In this document: in pieces, positions 18,633-26,917 of the stretch | Layout: each line of letters opens with the position of its first letter | How positions within the stretch are numbered: position 1 is the first letter of the stretch | Source: Candidatus Omnitrophota bacterium | Lineage (GTDB): Bacteria; Omnitrophota; Gorgyraeia; Tantalellales; Tantalellaceae | Assembly (NCBI GenBank): GCA_024277375.1 | Contig: JAJRVD010000062.1 | Span: forward strand, 1 to 55,711 | Reading direction: 5' to 3' | DNA length: 55,711 bases | The notes under the pieces: generated by a model | What the model was told of the DNA's origin: nothing | Databases searched by the model: none | Seen by the model: the letters and a program-made list of their open reading frames with translations, nothing else | Program-made: the position numbers and the translations under genes

Positions 18633-20051
18633 TTATTCTTCCCTTAGCGATCCTATGATCTTAAACCTGAACACAGACTGATCTTCTTCCATTCGGCCCA
18701 AGACATCGACTTTAGGCGCGTATATATATTCCGAGAATTCGAGCAAATGCACGTACTTATAAACAGCATCCTGCGTAAAAGCCTTCCCCTTAAGTTCCAA
18801 ACTTTTGCCCGACTTCGAAGATATCTCAGTAAGCCATACCTCCGAAGGTATGGCATTTTTAATATCGGTCAATATGCCTGTCCAAGGAGTGATCTCTATC
18901 CCTCTAATGACCTCTTTCCTGTGATTCAAGGCCTTTATTATATACGTCCTCTCAGCATTCAGCTCCCTGACTTCAGATAACACCTCAGGAAGAGACCCTA
19001 GCTCCTTCTGTATCCTTTCCAGCCGCGCTTCATGCACCCCCAGGACTTTCGAAAATAAAATACTCGCGGCAAAAACCACAAAAAAAATAGCGGAAAAAAC
19101 AGCAAGTGATATTACAAATCTCTTTTCATATTGCATTTTTTTGTATTTCTCTGGAGGGATGAGGTTTATATCAAAATTAAACTTCTCCTTCAGACCCCTC
19201 ATTGCCAAGCCTACACTCACGCTTTGTGAAAGATTAAAATCGGAAAGCATCATACAGGAAAGTTCCCCTCTCTGAAGAATATCAAAATCCTCCGACAACT
19301 TATCATAAACACTTTTACCGTTATCAGCGTCTTCCAATAGTACCATCTTTTTAATGGGGGCATTGGGAAATTGGTCTTCCCAGTAATCGGTAGTCACCTT
19401 TATTTCCTTCGCTAATTCTTCCGAAGGAAGAGATTCTATGCTTCGAAAGTATACGGGCGACCCGTCCTTTACAATGCTTATATCTATTTTTTCACTGCCG
19501 CGCAGGATCACAGCCGTCGTATTCTGTGAAGTCAAATGTACATTTCCATGGCTTAGGGCCCTTAAAGCAGCCAAAGAACCCAGATCTACTCCGATAAGGT
19601 TCAATTTTGCCTTCACCATGGCTTCAAGCAATGTCGAGACAACGGTTCTTTTTATTGCGAAGAAAAGAACTTTCCCCTTGTTCGGTCGATAAAAATCCAA
19701 AACAGCTTCTTCCCCCGAGAGAAGATACTTATCCACTTCCGATCTTAACGCCTCTTTTACCTGTTCTTTCGGCATTTTAGGCAGATCAACTTCCCTCGCG
19801 ATAACACCTGCGCCTAAAATACCCGCCACCACCAGGGATGCCGTAATATTATTCTCATCAAGCGCATCCCTGAGTTTTTGAGAAAACGTTTTTACGTCAG
19901 TTATAAAACCGTCCCGAACTACACCTTCAGGGAGCTCTACATTGACTGTCTTTCGGATCTCCAGCTTTCCGACAGCACGCTTAAGCTCGACTATAAAGAT
20001 CCTTTCGGGACCTATCGCTATGCCCATCATATTTTTATTCTTATCAAACAT
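18633..20051 (-). CDS. pilM: PilM-PilN fusion (actin-like ATPase domain plus TM and PilN-like domain)
   Basis: 472 aa. N-terminal MMGIAIGPERIFIVELK actin-fold start, internal TM (ISLAVFSAIFFVVFAASILF), C-terminal PilN-like region. Confidence 0.6.
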   Translation of the reverse strand: MFDKNKNMMGIAIGPERIFIVELKRAVGKLEIRKTVNVELPEGVVRDGFITDVKTFSQKLRDALDENNITASLVVAGILGAGVIAREVDLPKMPKEQVKEALRSEVDKYLLSGEEAVLDFYRPNKGKVLFFAIKRTVVSTLLEAMVKAKLNLIGVDLGSLAALRALSHGNVHLTSQNTTAVILRGSEKIDISIVKDGSPVYFRSIESLPSEELAKEIKVTTDYWEDQFPNAPIKKMVLLEDADNGKSVYDKLSEDFDILQRGELSCMMLSDFNLSQSVSVGLAMRGLKEKFNFDINLIPPEKYKKMQYEKRFVISLAVFSAIFFVVFAASILFSKVLGVHEARLERIQKELGSLPEVLSEVRELNAERTYIIKALNHRKEVIRGIEITPWTGILTDIKNAIPSEVWLTEISSKSGKSLELKGKAFTQDAVYKYVHLLEFSEYIYAPKVDVLGRMEEDQSVFRFKIIGSLREE

Positions 20052-20064
20052 ACATTGACCCTTA

Positions 20065-20478
20065 TTATTCTAATTCCTGCCAGATATCAACCATCACGCT
20101 ATAAGGTGATGACGACCCCGTCAACGAATATTCCGCCTCAATGGTACGCGTAAAATCCCCAACCGTACCAACCGAGGAAATTGTATCTCCTCCGGAGATC
20201 GTAACATTATACGTATTTCCCGATCCTGACGGAAACGTAACGTCTCCTCCCGTACCGCTATATCCCGAATCCTGCCTGAGCTCATAAACAGCCGTTTCTA
20301 TCCCGGCCTCTGCTATAAAATTGGCTTCTAAAGAACGGATCTGATTTGTATTTATCTGTTGATCGATCGTTATCGTATCTAAAAAAGCTACGACAAAAAG
20401 CGCGACGAAAGCAAGCGTAAAGAGAACGAGAATGAGGGCGGCACCTTTTGAGTTCTTAGTTTTTAGTTCATAGTTCAT
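20065..20478 (-). CDS. PilX-like minor pilin
   Basis: N-terminus KGAALILVLFTLAFVALFVVAF followed by IDQQINTNQ, typical of the PilX N-terminal domain. Confidence 0.5.
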   Translation of the reverse strand: MNYELKTKNSKGAALILVLFTLAFVALFVVAFLDTITIDQQINTNQIRSLEANFIAEAGIETAVYELRQDSGYSGTGGDVTFPSGSGNTYNVTISGGDTISSVGTVGDFTRTIEAEYSLTGSSSPYSVMVDIWQELE

Positions 20479-20494
20479 AGTTTTCTAGTATCCC

Positions 20495-21370
20495 CTACGG
20501 AGCTGTTATCGTTATCTGCCTGTCAGAAGGCTTGTATTTAGTTCCGCTGTTATCCTTTACTTCCATTTTTTTAACGTCCCACGTACCTGTGTCAAACCCG
20601 CTTAAAGACACCGAATGGGTATACGTGGTATCAAGGTGATTGGTAATATCACCCTTATCATACTTGTACTTAGTCCCGCCTTTCTCAAGTTGATATTTGA
20701 GCTTATCGATGTCGTTATAGTCCACGGCGCTCGTCCATATTTTGTAGTAAAAAGTTTCATCGGTCGAAAAAGTGGAATCTTCCGTCGAAAAATCCGAATT
20801 TTTCGAGAACATCACACCTTCTGATCCCAGATCTTTTCGCATAACGACCAGTGACGTAAGTATAACGGGGTTTACTTTACTTTCAGAGTCCGAAACGGTC
20901 ATCTCTATTTTTACGGAATAAACCTCATTTTTGTCGGTAGTCGTGGTGCCGTCAAGCTTATAATAGGTAAAAGTTAACGCGTCTATGGGCTCCGCTATGG
21001 AGTCACCCTCTCTCTCTAATTTATCTCCTTTTAATTCAAATTTCACGCCATTATCATCCCAGTCCTTAAACTCTATTTTATCTGTGTTCGCTTTTTTGAA
21101 TTCGGTCGCGGTTTTGATCTCTTTTACCATCTTATTCATGGCAACGCGAGCTATTTGCACAACCTCGATCTGACGATCTTTTACTTCCCAGCTTTCAATA
21201 ACGGTTCTAAAGAACGGCATTACCGCGATAACTATCAGACCTAGCACGGCGATGACAAAAACGATCTCGATAATGGTGAAACCTTTGGATCGTGACTCGT
21301 GACTCATGACCCGTGACCCGTCACTCGTACATCGCACATCGCACATTGTACATCGCTTAAGAATACCCAT
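20495..21370 (-). CDS. Minor pilin (PilW/GspJ-like) with prepilin-type N-terminus
   Basis: KG|FTIIEIVFVIAVLGLIV methylation motif. ATG 21370 overlaps the upstream stop (TAATG). Alternative in-frame ATGs at 21346 and 21307 lie within a heptamer-repeat tract. Confidence 0.7.
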   Translation of the reverse strand: MGILKRCTMCDVRCTSDGSRVMSHESRSKGFTIIEIVFVIAVLGLIVIAVMPFFRTVIESWEVKDRQIEVVQIARVAMNKMVKEIKTATEFKKANTDKIEFKDWDDNGVKFELKGDKLEREGDSIAEPIDALTFTYYKLDGTTTTDKNEVYSVKIEMTVSDSESKVNPVILTSLVVMRKDLGSEGVMFSKNSDFSTEDSTFSTDETFYYKIWTSAVDYNDIDKLKYQLEKGGTKYKYDKGDITNHLDTTYTHSVSLSGFDTGTWDVKKMEVKDNSGTKYKPSDRQITITAP

Positions 21371-21825
21371 TACAACCACGTTCCTCGATTCGCTATCTTA
21401 ACATCCAGGCTCACAGACTCCTCATCCGAATCCAAAACATCATCGTCATCGTCGTCAAACCATACAGTAACATTCAAAACCTTTATATTTGTACCATCGT
21501 CATCCGCTACCGTATATTTGTAACTGTCATCAGGACTTGGAAATGCCGCGACGGACTCGGTATAGTCAACTCCGAAACCATATGACGCGTTCGTACCTAA
21601 TGCGCGGCTTCGCACTTCATCGATCTTATTCTGCGCCAAAAAAGAGACTTTTGTAAGATGTTCGATCTCAGATGCTACCGTCATCGCGCCGGCATTAAGT
21701 CTTATAATAGGCACAATAGCAATACTCATTATAAGCATCGCCGCGAGAACTTCCAAGTAAGTGAAACCCTTCGTATTCGCACATCGCAAGGGGACTGTCT
21801 CCAGTATTTTCATGTCCATTCCCAT
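21370..21825 (-). CDS. Minor pilin (PilV/GspI-like)
   Basis: TKG|FTYLEVLAAMLIMSIAIV motif. TAATG overlap with the upstream gene. Confidence 0.7.
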   Translation of the reverse strand: MGMDMKILETVPLRCANTKGFTYLEVLAAMLIMSIAIVPIIRLNAGAMTVASEIEHLTKVSFLAQNKIDEVRSRALGTNASYGFGVDYTESVAAFPSPDDSYKYTVADDDGTNIKVLNVTVWFDDDDDDVLDSDEESVSLDVKIANRGTWL

Positions 21826-22295
21826 TAGTACGATTCCAACAGCGCGCGGCCGGTTGCTTCTTTGATCTTAATTCGGTATTTGTGACTTCCGATCACATAA
21901 TTGAAGGTGTACTTATCATCTGCCGTACCGTCGGAGTCAAACTCAATGTCACCGTCTCCCGAGACTACAACATCATCGGGAATACTTTTTGTCTCTCCTA
22001 CCTGAACCCAACTGCCGTTCTTACGCTCAAGAATATACTGATTATAGTCTCCGCTGCCATCGACCTTAGAGAAGTTTACCCTGTGCTTATCAGTTGTAGT
22101 AACAGCCAGACGCCTTGCCAACCTGAGATCCCCGGCAATCCTATGCGCGGTCGTATAAACGAGATACTTGTTATACAGATCCGCCTTGGTCAGGCGCTGG
22201 ATCACAATAGCCGCCAGTATACCCATGACGACCACAACTATAAGGATCTCCATAAGGGTAAACCCCTTAGAGTTCGCATATCGTACATCGCACAT
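21825..22295 (-). CDS. Minor pilin (GspH/FimT-like)
   Basis: MCDVRYANSKG|FTLMEILIVVVVMGILAAIV. The ATG lies inside an (ATGTRCG)n heptamer tract. Confidence 0.7.
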   Translation of the reverse strand: MCDVRYANSKGFTLMEILIVVVVMGILAAIVIQRLTKADLYNKYLVYTTAHRIAGDLRLARRLAVTTTDKHRVNFSKVDGSGDYNQYILERKNGSWVQVGETKSIPDDVVVSGDGDIEFDSDGTADDKYTFNYVIGSHKYRIKIKEATGRALLESY

Positions 22296-22331
22296 CGCGC
22301 ATCGTCCTTTGTCTTATGTTACGCCACGCTA

Positions 22332-22664
22332 TTAATGACTATGTCCCGTAACCCGATGAGTCGTACCGCTCAAAGCATAAGCACTGCTATCAACCGGACA
22401 AGTCGGAACCCCTTCAGGAAAATAGTTATTATCCGCTTCGATATCACTCAAGTCATTTGCCGGCCAGCTACCGTTATTGAAATACCATCTCTCTGTTTGC
22501 GTGTTTATGTTCGCTTTATTCGCGTCACACGCGGCGATCCTGGCTTACGCGGCCGTGTTTGTAAGGCGCGGAATAACAACCGCGGCCAGGATACCCATGA
22601 CCACAACAACGAACAAAATTTCGATCAACGTAAAACCTTTTTTCTTGATTCTCCTCCACAACAT
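22332..22664 (-). pseudogene. Major pilin-like gene interrupted by an in-frame TAA at codon 40
   Basis: AAGGAGG-5 nt-ATG. MLWRRIKKKG|FTLIEILFVVVVMGILAAVVIPRLTNTAA, then TAA at 22545-22547, then 70 further in-frame codons (ARIAACDANKANINTQTERWYFNNGSWP...CPVD...) to TAA at 22332. Confidence 0.8.
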
Positions 22665-22691
22665 TTTGTCCTCCTTCTTTTGTGTTATGAT

Positions 22692-22870
22692 TAGACTTCT
22701 GCAAAACGCTGTTTTTCTTATCAGACTGTGTCATAATGTAGGGGCTTGATTTATCAAGCCCGTTATATCGGGTTCGATAAATCGAACCCCTACAATATGT
22801 TGTATGCGGTCATCCGCGAAACAAATTACGACACAGGCTGAATAACGAAAGTTTCATTCTGCAGAACCCT
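22692..22870 (+). mobile_element. MITE-like element carrying a REPIN core
   Basis: Left end TAGACTTCTGCAAAACGCTG..CAGACTGTGTCATAAT. Core 22738-22793. Right arm ..TGTATGCGGTCATCCGCGAAAC..ACGACACAGG..TTCTGCAGAACCCT is an imperfect inverted repeat of the left arm. Confidence 0.8.
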
Positions 22871-22888
22871 ATGCGTTATAATACATCT

Positions 22889-22916
22889 GTAGAGGCACGG
22901 CATGCCGTGCCTCTAC
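22889..22916. repeat. Perfect 28-nt palindrome, GTAG-headed
   Basis: GTAGAGGCACGGCATGCCGTGCCTCTAC, 2 nt after the pilC stop. Confidence 0.85.
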
Positions 22917-22918
22917 CC

Positions 22919-24127
22919 TTAATTCATCATATTAGCCGTCAGGTCGAACATCGGCAGATAAATGGCCAACGCTATAAAACCTACGACTATGGCTAAAAAT
23001 ACCGTAAGTAACGGTTCTATCTTCGTTACCAGTTTTCCTACTTCGTAGTCAATATCCCTATTAAGAAAATCAGCGCTTTTCTTAAGCATAGCGTCCAGTG
23101 CCCCGGCTTCTTCCCCGGCCGCCACCATTTGCGTGACCATAGGCGGAAACAATTTTTCCCGGCTGAGCGCGTCAGCTATTTTTCTGCCCTCTCTAACATC
23201 TTCCCGGAGACTGTCTATTATGTTGGTTATCACAACATTCCCCGATATCTCCCTTATCACTCCCAAAGCTTCCATAACACTGACACCGCTGGCAAATAAA
23301 GAAGCGAAGGTGCTTACAAAACGAGAGATCGCGACCTTCTGGTTTAATGGTCCGAATACAGGGAATTCCAATTTAATCCGGTCAATAAATAATCTCCCGC
23401 GCTCGGTCGCGTAGGCTTTTTTATATACAAATACAACGCCTGCGATCCCACTTATAACCACCCACCAATAACGAATAAATATTTTGCTGGTCGTGACTAA
23501 CAGCACTGTCGGAACGGGCAGAGCTATCCTCATCTTGCTGTAAACTTCGGCAAAAATAGGTACAATGAATATTATCAAAAACGTCACCACGACAGCGATC
23601 GCGGATAATACGATGATCGGATACGCGAACGCTTTTTTGATCTTTCTTTTTAGCTCTTGTTCTTTTGTCAAGTGTTCCGCTATTCGCATCAATACTTCAT
23701 CAAGAAGACAACCCGTTTCCCCGGTTTTGATCATATCTATATAAAAATTCGAAAAAACCGCGGGATGTTTTGACAAAGCATCCGAAAATCTCTCACCCCC
23801 TTCAAGATCTATACATACGCCATAGATCACTTTCCTCAAAACCTGATCGTCAGTTTGTCTGGCAAGGGTCCTCAGACATTTTATTATCGGGAGGCCCGCG
23901 TTTACCATGGCCGAAAGGCGTTCGGTAAATAACACAACAGCCGCGACAGGCACTTTTTTCCCTACCAGAGCGAAAAAGCTTTTCTTCGCTCTTGACTGTC
24001 TCAGGGCAGTGGCGAACAGTCCCCTTTTTTTAAGTTTGGCGCGAACCAGAGATTCTTCAGCAGCCACCATGGTGCCCTTGTACACTCTGCCTATCTCGTC
24101 CCGTGCCGTATAAATAAATTCGGCCAT
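22919..24127 (-). CDS. pilC: Type IV pilus platform protein PilC (T2SS F family)
   Basis: 402 aa with two T2SSF-type repeats and 3 TM segments. Confidence 0.9.
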   Translation of the reverse strand: MAEFIYTARDEIGRVYKGTMVAAEESLVRAKLKKRGLFATALRQSRAKKSFFALVGKKVPVAAVVLFTERLSAMVNAGLPIIKCLRTLARQTDDQVLRKVIYGVCIDLEGGERFSDALSKHPAVFSNFYIDMIKTGETGCLLDEVLMRIAEHLTKEQELKRKIKKAFAYPIIVLSAIAVVVTFLIIFIVPIFAEVYSKMRIALPVPTVLLVTTSKIFIRYWWVVISGIAGVVFVYKKAYATERGRLFIDRIKLEFPVFGPLNQKVAISRFVSTFASLFASGVSVMEALGVIREISGNVVITNIIDSLREDVREGRKIADALSREKLFPPMVTQMVAAGEEAGALDAMLKKSADFLNRDIDYEVGKLVTKIEPLLTVFLAIVVGFIALAIYLPMFDLTANMMN

Positions 24128-24141
24128 TGTAAATGTCCCCT

Positions 24142-24169
24142 GTAGGGGCTCGGCATGCCGTGCCCCTAC
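24142..24169. repeat. GTAG-headed GGCATGCC palindrome
   Basis: GTAGGGGCTCGGCATGCCGTGCCCCTAC, spanning the pilB stop codon and the pilB-pilC spacer. Confidence 0.8.
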
Positions 24170-25860
24170 TCCGTGTATACTACCCTCTTAATTTCTTCAA
24201 GTGTCGTAACTTTATCTCGTACCTTTTGCAAAGCGTTTTCCTGCAAAGTCCGCATACCTTCAGACTTCGCGAGCTCCTTTATCTCTACAAGCGACGCTCT
24301 TTTGTTTATTAACTCCCTGAGCCCGTCCGTCATTTTCATTATCTCAAAAACGGCTATACGCCCTCTGTATCCGGTATTATAACAAAACCCGCAACCACGT
24401 CCTCTGGCTAATTTCTGCCCGGAAGACAACATCAACCCGATACTTTTCAGTTCCTCTTCTGCCGGATCATATTCCTCCCGACATTCCGGACATATCTTCC
24501 GGCACAACCTTTGGGCTAAAGCGCCTATAACGGTCGAAGATATCAGGAAAGGTTCAACCCCCATATCAACAGCGCGTGTTACGGCACTGGGCGCGTCGTT
24601 TGTATGAAGAGTACTCAAAACAAGATGCCCCGTAAGCGCCGCCTGAATGGCGACTTCGGCGGTTTCCGCGTCCCTTATTTCTCCGACCATTATCACATCA
24701 GGGTCTTGTCGAAGGATCGTCCTGAGACCCGTCGCGAATGTCAGCTTTGCCGCGGGATCGATCTGGATCTGATTGATCCTGTCCAGGCGATATTCAACGG
24801 GGTTTTCGATAGTCATTACATTATCCGTTTTGGAATTCATCTGACTTAAGATCGCGTATAAAGTCGTGGTCTTACCGCTACCGGTAGGCCCGGTTACCAG
24901 GATCATGCCGTAAGGCTTCATAATAAGCTCCTTAAAAATCTCTTAATCCTGCCCCACAAATCCCAGATCTTCAAGTGATATCAGCATGCTTGACCGATCG
25001 AGGATCCTTAGAACCACCTTTTCTCCCGCGACCGTTAAAAGCGTGGAAACCCTCAGATCATATTTTTTATCACCTTTGGCGAACGCGATATGACCATCCT
25101 GCGGACGGCGTCTCTCGGTAATATCCAGATTCGATAATATCTTTACCCTCGAGATGACCGCGGCTTCGATATGTTTAGGTACTGTCATTATGTCGTGCAG
25201 TATTCCGTCAACCCTGTAGCGCACTATCATTTCCGGATCCTGCGGTTCAAAATGTATATCACTTGTTTTGACGTTTATAGCCCCGTTAACGATATCATTT
25301 ACCAGCTTTACAACCGGAAGGTCTTCCACTTGTCCCAGGTCTTCTTCGATGTCTATTTTTTCATCTTTTTTCTTCTCTTTAAGCTCTTTCATCCGCATAT
25401 CGATCAATGCCTGGCGAGAAGTTTCCTCCACCTTATAGTATTGATTGATCGCCTGCTCAACTTCCTTTTCGGTAGCCACCATCGGAAGTATGTTATATCC
25501 GGTTACCAATTTTATTTCGTCCCTGGCCGGAAGATTTAGCGGTGAGACAAAAGCGACATACAGGTGTTCCCCTTCCAATTTGACCGGGATAACCTTATAC
25601 TGACGGGCGGTTTCCTCGGCAAGTATCTTTACCACCTGAGGATCTATATTCTGGTCGATCAATCGTACAAATGGGATATCCAGTTGTAGCGCCAGGGCCT
25701 TAGCAAGACCCTCATCATCGACAAAGCGTTTATCAAGCAGTATCTCCTGCAACGGCGCGCCTGTCGCGGCCTGAGCCTTCTCGACCTCAGCCGCCTGGGC
25801 TTCAGAAACAAGACCTTCCGACAACAATATCTCTAACAGCTTTTTTGATCTCTCTGTCAT
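24166..25860 (-). pseudogene. pilB: PilB/GspE-family assembly ATPase split by an in-frame TAA
   Basis: ORF 24943-25860 holds the T2SSE_N domain and N-terminal ATPase part, ending LEDLGFVGQD-TAA (24943-24945). The same frame continues [26 protein letters not shown] (ORF 24166-24921) with Walker A/B and CPEC..CGFC. AAGGAG lies 7 nt before ATG 24921. Confidence 0.85.
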
Positions 25861-25882
25861 ATCACGTCTCCTGACTGTTTAA

Positions 25883-26257
25883 CTACTTACTTCCCGCCAA
25901 CGCTCTCCTTACTTTATCCAGAAGTACAACCGGGTTAAAAGGTTTAACTACATAATCCGTCGCGCCCATTCCAGATGATTTTTCGACATCCTCAATTTGA
26001 CCCTTAGCGGTAACCATTATTACCGGGATGCTTTTTGTCTCTTCCTCTTTTTTTAACGCGTACAGCACCTCATGTCCGTCCATTTCCGGCATCATTATAT
26101 CCAAAAGAACAAGCTCCGGTTGTTCGTCTTTAACCTTTTGCAGACCTTCTTTGCCATTCTCGGCGGTTATGATACGATACCCGTTCGCTTTTAATCTGGA
26201 CGCCAACATCTTTGTGATGTGAGGTTCGTCATCAACTATTAATATTTTCTCGTTCAT
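25883..26257 (-). CDS. Single-domain response regulator (receiver only)
   Basis: 124 aa. ILIVDDEP, LVLLDIMMPEMDG, VKPF. Confidence 0.9.
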   Translation of the reverse strand: MNEKILIVDDEPHITKMLASRLKANGYRIITAENGKEGLQKVKDEQPELVLLDIMMPEMDGHEVLYALKKEEETKSIPVIMVTAKGQIEDVEKSSGMGATDYVVKPFNPVVLLDKVRRALAGSK

Positions 26258-26284
26258 TTCTTCCCCCTATGATATTTACCTTTA

Positions 26285-26462
26285 AGGATCCTGCAAAACG
26301 GAACTTTCGTCATTCGGGCTGTGTCGTAATTTGTTTTGCGGATGGCCGCGTACAAGATATTGTAGGGATTCGATCTATCGAACCCGATATAACGGGCTTG
26401 ATGAATCAAGCCCCTACATTACGACACGATCCGATTGAAAAACAGCGTTTTGCATGAGTCTA
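26285..26462 (-). mobile_element. MITE-like element carrying a REPIN core (inverted orientation)
   Basis: AGGATCCTGCAAAACGG..GCTGTGTCGTAAT.., core 26362-26417 (slightly degenerate GTAGGGATTCGATC..), ..CAGCGTTTTGCATGAGTCTA. Confidence 0.8.
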
Positions 26463-26470
26463 ATTTACCT

Positions 26471-26839
26471 TTAGTCAGCTTTATCTTCTCCCAAAAGACG
26501 TTTGATCCTTGCCAATAAGTCTCCCGGCTCAAAAGGCTTAACAATATAATCCGTTATACCTTCAGCTTCAAACAGATCCGTCATACCGCTTTTCGCTGAA
26601 AGCACAATTACGGGTATTTGCCGGGTTTCTTTTTTCAATTCTCTCACAAACGTATAACCGTCCATTTTGGGCATCAATATATCCAAGATCACCAGGTCCG
26701 GCGATTCTTCGTGAAATTTTTCGAACCCTTCCTTCCCGTCATAAGCTACGATAACTTCATAATCGTTCGCCTGCAAACGATGTTCTACCATTTTGATGAT
26801 ATGCGGATCATCGTCTATTATCAATATTTTTTTAACCAT
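26471..26839 (-). CDS. Single-domain response regulator
   Basis: Start moved to ATG 26839 (AAGGAGG 6 nt upstream). ILIIDDDP, LVILDILMPKMDG, VKPF. Confidence 0.9.
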   Translation of the reverse strand: MVKKILIIDDDPHIIKMVEHRLQANDYEVIVAYDGKEGFEKFHEESPDLVILDILMPKMDGYTFVRELKKETRQIPVIVLSAKSGMTDLFEAEGITDYIVKPFEPGDLLARIKRLLGEDKAD

Positions 26840-26917
26840 CACTTTCCTCCTTAAAGTTCGCGACCCATCAGCCGGAGGCTGATACCGCTCCTGCAACGAC
26901 GGCCCATGGACTATCGT

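Noticed and set aside
21882-22694. 270-aa plus-strand ORF across the pilin genes
   Set aside because: It is antisense to three well-supported prepilin genes. Its composition is low-complexity, with no start context or recognisable domain, so it is a shadow ORF.
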